A stretch of 64,000 nucleotides of DNA from a virus. Location of the stretch: the IMG/VR virus record IMGVR_UViG_3300025128_000015, positions 1 to 64,000 of that record; one strand, written 5' to 3'. Shown in pieces: positions 58,049 through 64,000 of this stretch (its first letter is position 1; each line of letters starts with the position of its first letter). The position numbers were made by a program, and so were the translations under genes. The notes under the pieces are model-generated. The model did not search any database. It worked only from the letters and a program-made list of their open reading frames with translations, and had not been told where the DNA came from.

Positions 58049-58896
58049 GCTTAGGTTCTGCAGGGTGTAAAATAACAGAGAAGTTTGCTGAGTATCCGCA
58101 ATACGCTACATATAGAATTGATTCAGAGAAGCGACCTGGCCCAAAATTCAAACAACTCAAGAAATCTAGCTCACATGAAGAATACGAAAAGAACTGCCCT
58201 TCATTCAAGAGATTCTTTAAAGATGCGAAGCCACCGTATCTTTTTATTGTCTCAGGTGCAGGCGCGATATCTGGAGCCGCATTGAGAATCTTGGAACAAC
58301 TTAACTCTAAAGAAATATATGTCTTATATATAAGACCTGACGTATCTCTTCTTTCTGAAATGAAAAGAAAGCAAGAACGCGCTGGTTTTCACATATTACA
58401 ACAATTTGCGAGATCTGGGCTGTTGAAAAGAATCTTTCTTGTTAATAATTCCAATTTAGAGCAAATTATTCAAGACACTCCCGTGATAGGATATTACGAT
58501 AAATTAAATGAGTTGGTAGTTTCAGTAATTCATATGATTAACGTTTGCACTAATTCAGAACCAGTTTTAGAGACTTTCGATGATCCTGTTGAAGCTGCGA
58601 GGATATCAACTTTAGGAATTGTTGAGCTAGAAACTGGCCAAGAAACTTTATTTTTTGATTTAAAAATGCCTCGGGAAAAGGTATACTTCTATATGATTCA
58701 CGAAGACAAGTTGAAAAGCGACGGAGAGCTTCTGAAGAACATTACAGGACAAGTTCGTTCTCGTATGGAGGGCGGTAAAATACAAACATCTTTTGGTATA
58801 TATTCTACAGAATATCAGCAGAATTACGTTTATGTTTTAGCGCATACTTCTTTAATACAAAATGAACTTTTTTTCTTGTCTGACGAAGAATCGTGA
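58033..58896 (+). CDS. Divergent tubulin/FtsZ-superfamily protein
   Basis: N-terminal IIGLGSAGCKI (GxGxxG), signature-like SGAGAISG, LYIRPD, LVNN, and a C-terminal domain; 287 aa; overlaps the polymerase stop codon. Confidence 0.75.
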   Translation: METIIGLGSAGCKITEKFAEYPQYATYRIDSEKRPGPKFKQLKKSSSHEEYEKNCPSFKRFFKDAKPPYLFIVSGAGAISGAALRILEQLNSKEIYVLYIRPDVSLLSEMKRKQERAGFHILQQFARSGLLKRIFLVNNSNLEQIIQDTPVIGYYDKLNELVVSVIHMINVCTNSEPVLETFDDPVEAARISTLGIVELETGQETLFFDLKMPREKVYFYMIHEDKLKSDGELLKNITGQVRSRMEGGKIQTSFGIYSTEYQQNYVYVLAHTSLIQNELFFLSDEES

Positions 58897-58903
58897 TTAT
58901 ATT
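58876..58903 (+). promoter_or_regulatory. Early promoter for SSB
   Basis: TTGTCT(58876-81)-N16-TATATT(58898-903). Confidence 0.55.
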
Positions 58904-58967
58904 ATACAATGATAACTAAACAGATACTTGGAATATTTGCCAAGTATACTATACAAGGAGAAATTTT

Positions 58968-59723
58968 ATGGCTATCAATATGGATAAAATGAAAGCAAGG
59001 CGAGAAGCCTTACAAAGCCGCGGCAGCGGTGGGAGCAACAAGGAAATGTTTTGGCGTCCACAAGACGGTGAGAGTACAATTCGAATTGTTCCAAGCGAAG
59101 ACGGTGATCCGTTTAAAGATTACTGGTTTCACTACAACGTAGGTAACAATCCTGGCTTTCTGAGTCCCAAGAAAAACTTTGGTGAGGAAGATCCTTTGGA
59201 TAATTTTGTCCGCTCCCTTTTCAAAGAAGGATCCGAGGACAGTATTAAAATGGCTAAGAGTTTAATGGCTCGTCAAAGGTTTTTTGCACCGGTTCTTGTT
59301 CGAGGAGAAGAAGAAAAAGGTGTAAGAGTCTGGGGATTTGGTAAAATGGCTTACCAAGAACTTTTGAATCTTGTTTTAAATCCGGATTATGGAGACATCA
59401 CAGATGTTGACGACGGTACTGATTTGGTAATTACTTATGGAAAGCCTCCAGGGGCACAATTTCCTCAAACCACAATCACACCACGTCGCAAGTCTTCACC
59501 GCTTACAAAGACAAAGAAGCAAACAAAAGATTATCTAGAGCAGGTACCTGATGTTACTACTCTTTTTGAGAAGAAATCACCTAACCAGGTACAAGAAATG
59601 CTAGACCAATTTTTGCTTGGAGAAGAAGACGCGGAAGAAGTGTCGACAGAGACTAAGAAGTACCAGAATAAATCTGATACTCCAACGTCTGTTGATCAAG
59701 CTTTTTCTGAGTTTGGACTCTAA
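58968..59723 (+). CDS. Single-stranded DNA-binding protein (gp32-like)
   Basis: FWRP..GESTIRIVP, PFKDYWFHY, RFFAPVLVRGEE, VWGFGK..YQ.LL, DYGDITD...G.DL; acidic C-terminal tail ending FSEFGL. Confidence 0.85.
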   Translation: MAINMDKMKARREALQSRGSGGSNKEMFWRPQDGESTIRIVPSEDGDPFKDYWFHYNVGNNPGFLSPKKNFGEEDPLDNFVRSLFKEGSEDSIKMAKSLMARQRFFAPVLVRGEEEKGVRVWGFGKMAYQELLNLVLNPDYGDITDVDDGTDLVITYGKPPGAQFPQTTITPRRKSSPLTKTKKQTKDYLEQVPDVTTLFEKKSPNQVQEMLDQFLLGEEDAEEVSTETKKYQNKSDTPTSVDQAFSEFGL

Positions 59724-59741
59724 TAAGAGCAAGCATGTTTT

Positions 59742-59778
59742 TAGACTCTTCATGTTAACAAAAAGAGTCTATTTTTTA
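59742..59778 (+). terminator. Inverted repeat + T tract after SSB
   Basis: TAGACTCTT...AAGAGTCTA followed by TTTTTT. Confidence 0.55.
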
Positions 59779-59793
59779 TAAACCTCATCTCGA

Positions 59794-59821
59794 TTGCCAC
59801 CGGCGCTTGAGATGCTATAAC
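59794..59821 (+). promoter_or_regulatory. Early promoter (extended -10) for the ParB-like gene
   Basis: TTGCCA(59794-99)-N16-TATAAC(59816-21) with TG at 59813-14. Confidence 0.65.
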
Positions 59822-59847
59822 ATGCCGACTGGCAAAAGGAGAAAAAA

Positions 59848-60891
59848 ATGGTTTTACAAAAAGTACAAAATAATAGCGATATTAAGCCTGGGTTTAACGG
59901 GCAAGGCTATATCAATTTAAAAGATTATGATAAATTAAAGCCCATAGCTTTTAAACAAGCAGAATATTCACATCATGTCTTTGTTGATCTCAATGACATT
60001 GATACCGAAGATTCTCAATTCTGGAACATGGGTATTCGAGGAGAGGGTACTGATGAAGACGAAAGGATTGAGTCTTTCAGGGTTTCTTTTGGCCGCCATG
60101 GATGGATGACCTCATTCTGGTCACCTAGTATGGATGTTGAAGGAAATTGGCTAGGAGGACGTGGAAGGCTCCGTGCAGCAAAGAAGAACGGGGAAAGATG
60201 GGTACCCGTCGCCGTATATCGTAGAGCTGACATGTCAAAAAGAAACACTATTACAAACGGATTAATCGAGAATAAACACTTACCCCAATACGCCTCTACA
60301 TTTAAAGATTATATTGGCGCCGGCGTAGGACTCATAGCTGCCGGAGAGCTAAAAGCTGATGAAAAGTCCGTCCAGGTCTGGCTAAGAGAGGATGTTGGGA
60401 TCGATGATATATATGACAACTCTCGTGGCGGCGCCGTAACTCAGCTGGTCAAAAAAATCCTTGCAAAAGCAGCAGAGGATAAGTCTCTTGTCAGGGTACA
60501 ATCAGACAAGGCATGGAAAGACTGGATCGAATCTAAATTGGATCTGAAGAAGAACGAGTATGTGTTAATGAATACGAAAGACAACACTCGCTCTGTGAGG
60601 CTTTGGTGCAATCAGATATTGCCGGCAGTCGCAAATAAAAAAGATCCTGTCAATATTATTTTTTACGCTTCTGATTATAGTCCAAAAGAGTTGAGGAAGA
60701 ACTTAAAAGATAGAATTACCGAGCTTGATACGTTCTATAAGCAGTCCTATCAGCTTGTCAATAGTGGTATCACAGGCATTAATATTGATACGCCAGAAAA
60801 CAAGCACTATAAGATTCTAGGCGCCCTCCCTCAGATTGAAAAAGATCATGACATAGAAGGTAATCGTCTAGTAAAGATCGAGGAATATTAA
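59848..60891 (+). CDS. Protein with ParB/sulfiredoxin-like N-terminal domain
   Basis: RIESFRVSFGRHGW...DVEGNWLGGRGRLRAAKKNGERWVPVAV fits the ParB-N pattern (G..R..AA...G...VPV). Confidence 0.55.
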   Translation: MVLQKVQNNSDIKPGFNGQGYINLKDYDKLKPIAFKQAEYSHHVFVDLNDIDTEDSQFWNMGIRGEGTDEDERIESFRVSFGRHGWMTSFWSPSMDVEGNWLGGRGRLRAAKKNGERWVPVAVYRRADMSKRNTITNGLIENKHLPQYASTFKDYIGAGVGLIAAGELKADEKSVQVWLREDVGIDDIYDNSRGGAVTQLVKKILAKAAEDKSLVRVQSDKAWKDWIESKLDLKKNEYVLMNTKDNTRSVRLWCNQILPAVANKKDPVNIIFYASDYSPKELRKNLKDRITELDTFYKQSYQLVNSGITGINIDTPENKHYKILGALPQIEKDHDIEGNRLVKIEEY

Positions 60892-61703
60892 TGAAGACTC
60901 CACTAAGATATCCAGGCGGTAAATCACGCGCCGTTAAAACGATATTGGAGTTTGTCCCTGAAGACTGTGGGGAGCTATGCTCCCCCTTTCTTGGGGGCGG
61001 ATCTGTTGAACTAGCACTGGCCGAGAAGGGCGTCAAGGTTCATGGATACGAAGGGTTTAAACCTGTAGTTTGGTTTTGGCAAGCTATCTTAAAAGATCCT
61101 GAAAAACTCGCAGATCTAGCGGATTCATTCAGAAAGAAAAAGGTTTATGAGCATCAAGGCAAAAAGCTCAAAGAACGCGGATTACCCGAAAGAACATTTC
61201 ACAAATTAAAGAGAGATTTAGTTCGTGCTCTTAGAAAAGGCGAAGGTTTTAGTTTTGAACTAGCAGCCAAATTCTATGCGCTCAATCGAAGTAGCTTCTC
61301 TGGAGCGACTCTATCAGGCGGATTTTCTGAAAGAGCGTCCTACGCACGCTTTACAGATAGTCGATTAGAATATATAAGGAATTTCAAAGCTCCGAATCTC
61401 ACTGTACAACACGCAGACTTTAAAAAGTCGATAAAGAATCATGATTGCTTGTTATATCTTGATCCTCCATACTTTCTTGGAGAAGCTCGCAGCAAGCTAT
61501 ATGGAAATCTTGGCGATATGCATAAATTCTTTCCTCATTTATCTTTATATTCTGAGTTAAAAGAGAAAAAGAATTGGATTTTATCTTATAATAATTGCGA
61601 TGAAATTCGACATCTTTATAGAGATTATGATATTCATGATGCATCTTGGACTTATTGCATGACAGCTAAGGAATCTTCAGAGATTATTATTACCAATTTA
61701 TAA
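60891..61703 (+). CDS. dam: D12-class (Dam-like) DNA adenine methyltransferase
   Basis: PLRYPGGKS, PFLGGGS, YLDPPY, ILSYN; TAATG coupling to the ParB-like gene. GATC specificity is not demonstrable from sequence. Confidence 0.88.
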   Translation: MKTPLRYPGGKSRAVKTILEFVPEDCGELCSPFLGGGSVELALAEKGVKVHGYEGFKPVVWFWQAILKDPEKLADLADSFRKKKVYEHQGKKLKERGLPERTFHKLKRDLVRALRKGEGFSFELAAKFYALNRSSFSGATLSGGFSERASYARFTDSRLEYIRNFKAPNLTVQHADFKKSIKNHDCLLYLDPPYFLGEARSKLYGNLGDMHKFFPHLSLYSELKEKKNWILSYNNCDEIRHLYRDYDIHDASWTYCMTAKESSEIIITNL

Positions 61704-61759
61704 AACCGCAGGGAGGCACGGGTTACAGGCGCCTCAACTCACAAATATAAGGAAAAAAC

Positions 61760-62194
61760 ATGAGTTTGATTAAAGAGGGACACAATGTGAAGGTCCATTA
61801 TAAAGGCACATTAACTGACGGAACAGAGTTTGATAATTCGAAAAATAGAGGCACACCTCTAGAATTTAAGGTTGGTTCTGGTCAGGTTATTAAAGGGTTT
61901 GATAGTGCCGTAATGGGACTGGGACTTGGAGAGGTGAAAACCTTCACTTTGGACCCTACAGAGGCTTACGGAGAAGTAAATCCGGACGCCATTCAGGAGA
62001 CGCCTAAAGCTATGTTTCCACTTGGGTTTGATTTCCAAGTTGGATCAACAGTTCAAGGACAAGGACCGGGTGGACAACCTTTGGTCGCAAAAATTCTCTC
62101 TGAATCAAATGATTCGGTCGTTTTGGATCATAACCATCCTTTGGCTGGTGAAGAATTGACTTTTGAGATTGAAATTATTGAGTACGATGAATAG
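61760..62194 (+). CDS. slyD: FKBP-type peptidyl-prolyl isomerase (SlyD/SlpA-like, no His tail)
   Basis: VKVHYKGTLTDGTEFDNS, PLEFKVGSGQVIKGFD, AYGE, IF insertion domain, DHNHPLAGEELTFEI. Confidence 0.9.
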   Translation: MSLIKEGHNVKVHYKGTLTDGTEFDNSKNRGTPLEFKVGSGQVIKGFDSAVMGLGLGEVKTFTLDPTEAYGEVNPDAIQETPKAMFPLGFDFQVGSTVQGQGPGGQPLVAKILSESNDSVVLDHNHPLAGEELTFEIEIIEYDE

Positions 62195-62217
62195 AGCCAA
62201 AAACACATGGAGGGAAC

Positions 62218-63318
62218 ATGGCAAGGAAAGCTAAAAAATTAGGAAAACTTAGTCTGGACGATATGCGAAACCTTATTAATCGTAAGGCAGGATTAGAAGT
62301 CGCCCACGATCTAAGAGAAGAGAACCCAACTGAGGTAAAAGAGTGGATCTCCACTGGATCAACTTGGTTGGACAACATTGTTTGCAGAGGAAAAAAGGCC
62401 GGCATTCCAGTAGGTAAAATTACTGAGATTGCTGGTCTAGAAGGAGCGGGTAAATCGTGGATGGCTGCAGAGATTGCTGCCAATGCTCAAAAAATGGGTA
62501 TTGACGTTGTTTACTTCGATTCAGAGTCTGCTATCGATCCAAGTTTATTGTCTAGGTTAGGCATCGACTTGGAAAGATTTCTTTATGTGCAAGCATCAAG
62601 TGTTGAATTTGTTTTAGAGACGATCGAAGAACTATTAGGCTCTAACGATAGTCAAATGTTATTTATCTGGGACTCTCTGGCTCTTACGCCGGCCATAACA
62701 GATGTAGAAGGTGATTTCAACCCTCAGTCATCGATGGCTGTGAAGGCTCGAATCTTGGCGAAAGGGATGTCAAAACTTACTGTCCCTATCGCCAACACAC
62801 AGTCAACATTTTTGGTATTAAACCAGCTTAAAACAAATATCGCTTCAAATCCTGCGCAGAGAATGGAGATTATGACAACACCGTATGTCACTCCAGGTGG
62901 AAAAGCTATGCACTATGCATATTCACTGCGCATTTGGTTAACCGGCCGAAAAGCTAAGTCTTCGTTTATTATGAATGGAGACGACCGCGTAGGATACCAA
63001 GTACAAGTTAAACTAGAAAAATCACGCTTTGGAACATCAGGACGAAGGTGTCATTTTAAAATTATGTTTGCTGGTGAAGTTGGTATTCGTAATGAAGAGA
63101 GTTGGCTCGAAGCTTTAATAGGCTCAGAAAACCTAACTCAATCAGGTGCGTGGTACACACTACACTTTGAAGATGGGACATCACAAAAATTTCAATCAAA
63201 AAATTGGCTTGAAAAATTAAAAAGTAGTGAACAGTTCCGTGAAAGAGTGTTAGAGTTAATGCATGAAGAGATTGTTTTGAAATACGAAAGAAAGACAGAA
63301 CAATCTTCTTCTACATAA
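62218..63318 (+). CDS. recA: RecA/UvsX-like recombinase
   Basis: GIPVGKITEIAGLEGAGKS (Walker A), YFDSESA, IWDSLA (Walker B), LNQL, PGGKA. Confidence 0.93.
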   Translation: MARKAKKLGKLSLDDMRNLINRKAGLEVAHDLREENPTEVKEWISTGSTWLDNIVCRGKKAGIPVGKITEIAGLEGAGKSWMAAEIAANAQKMGIDVVYFDSESAIDPSLLSRLGIDLERFLYVQASSVEFVLETIEELLGSNDSQMLFIWDSLALTPAITDVEGDFNPQSSMAVKARILAKGMSKLTVPIANTQSTFLVLNQLKTNIASNPAQRMEIMTTPYVTPGGKAMHYAYSLRIWLTGRKAKSSFIMNGDDRVGYQVQVKLEKSRFGTSGRRCHFKIMFAGEVGIRNEESWLEALIGSENLTQSGAWYTLHFEDGTSQKFQSKNWLEKLKSSEQFRERVLELMHEEIVLKYERKTEQSSST

Positions 63319-63332
63319 GTCCCTCCCGTGTT

Positions 63333-63371
63333 AAGCCCCCGATGTTTAATTTAAGCAAAGGGGGCTTTTTT
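63333..63371 (+). terminator. Intrinsic terminator after recA
   Basis: AAGCCCCC...GGGGGCTT followed by TTTT. Confidence 0.75.
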
Positions 63372-63405
63372 AAACTAATTAATTAATACTATCTAGGAGA
63401 GAGTT

Positions 63406-63777
63406 ATGTCCAAAAGAATTAAGAAATTGATTGTGGAAGCAATATCGGATAAAGTTCAAGAAGCCGAATGCATGATCCACACATCAGCAAAAGTAAACCT
63501 TACAGATGTTTTGACATCTATCCGAGCAATCGCCGGCGTGACAATTGTAAATTTAGTTGGATCGTCGAATAGAGTTTCAGATGATAGAGATGCGTCTTAT
63601 TTGAAAATTAAATTTATTCCAAATGTAACCTCTGCAGATGCATACATGAGAAACCTTGTTTCTTACGTGAGAAATCTGCCAAGCGTATTTACATTTGAAA
63701 TTAAAAAAGTTGAAAACCTAAAACAAAAGCTAGCCAGAAGAAGGCAGCAAAAAGATTTAGTAAAAATTGATATATAG
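63406..63777 (+). CDS. Hypothetical protein with its own late-type motif
   Basis: 123 aa; SD AGGAG; ACTAATTAAT at 63374. Confidence 0.65.
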   Translation: MSKRIKKLIVEAISDKVQEAECMIHTSAKVNLTDVLTSIRAIAGVTIVNLVGSSNRVSDDRDASYLKIKFIPNVTSADAYMRNLVSYVRNLPSVFTFEIKKVENLKQKLARRRQQKDLVKIDI

Positions 63778-63786
63778 AGGAAAACA

Positions 63787-64000
63787 TTGAAAACTAAGAG
63801 ATTATTATTAATCGATCAGCTAAACTTATTCTTTAGATCGTATATTGTCGATCCATCGTTATCAACAAATGGACAACCAATTGGCGGATTAAAGGGAGTA
63901 ATTAAATCTTTACAAAAGATTATCAGAGAGTCAAAGCCAGACCAAGTTATTATCTGTTGGGATGGACAAGGAGGCTCAACCCGCCGCAAAATCTTAAATA
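63787..64000 (+). CDS. 5'-3' exonuclease / RNase H (FEN-like), partial
   Basis: TTG start, SD GAGG; LLLIDQLNLFFRSY...NGQPIGG...IICWDG.GGS..R runs off the window end. Confidence 0.85.
   Translation, partial: MKTKRLLLIDQLNLFFRSYIVDPSLSTNGQPIGGLKGVIKSLQKIIRESKPDQVIICWDGQGGSTRRKILN

Noticed and set aside
58033-58896. Calling this a nucleus-forming (PhuZ/chimallin) phage
   Set aside because: No chimallin-like or multisubunit RNA polymerase gene is recognisable in the window, and the morphogenesis genes are T4-like.
59786-59835. Riboswitch-like pseudoknot in the ParB-like leader
   Set aside because: The pairing segments overlap a good -35/extended -10 promoter, so most of the structure would not be in that transcript; I kept it only as DNA-level inverted repeats.
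60891-61703. Linking the Dam-like methylase to the GSCGSC enrichment
   Set aside because: It is an adenine methyltransferase by motif (DPPY, D12 class) and the enriched hexamers contain no adenine.
1-64000. Stop-codon reassignment (alternative genetic code), as seen in some large phages
   Set aside because: Code 11 gives dense, full-length genes, and TAA, TAG and TGA all end conserved genes at the expected places.
1-64000. CRISPR array, tRNA genes, rRNA, IS elements or integrase
   Set aside because: Intergenic gaps are short and explained by terminators and promoters; I saw no repeat-spacer periodicity, cloverleaf or transposase/integrase motifs.

Overview
This 64 kb window is part of a large, AT-rich (roughly 37% GC by eye), tailed dsDNA bacteriophage with T4-like myovirus morphogenesis genes. 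Essentially all real genes are on the + strand in the standard genetic code. Gene order: baseplate/tail-associated structural proteins (1-12150), RuvC, two LamG paralogs, primase, a small late cassette of putative head-internal proteins, a single-chain Mre11-Rad50 (SbcD-SbcC) fusion, a holin-like membrane cassette, two peptidase-S74 fibre genes, terminase, portal, prohead protease, ribosomal protein bS21, scaffold, major capsid protein, neck, sheath, tube, tail chaperone pair, tape measure, baseplate hub, then a replication/recombination block (minimal family-A polymerase, divergent tubulin/FtsZ-like protein, gp32-like SSB, ParB-like protein, Dam-like methylase, SlyD-like PPIase, RecA, 5'-3' exonuclease). 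Two promoter classes are visible: sigma70-like promoters with mostly 16-bp spacers before replication genes, and a (A/T)CTA(T/A/C)TTA motif before virion genes. The most notable observations are: (i) a translationally coupled minimal PolA / divergent tubulin pair followed by SSB; (ii) strong window-wide enrichment of GGCGCC and GCCGGC (GSCGSC) in an AT-rich genome, reminiscent of HIP-type iterated palindromes; (iii) a candidate +1/-2 frameshift joining gp26-like and gp51-like tail-assembly ORFs; (iv) bS21 in a phage that uses strong Shine-Dalgarno signals; (v) unannotated Cys-rich mini-ORFs, one with its UGA in a hairpin loop. All functional calls come from motif recognition by eye; no database searches were run.
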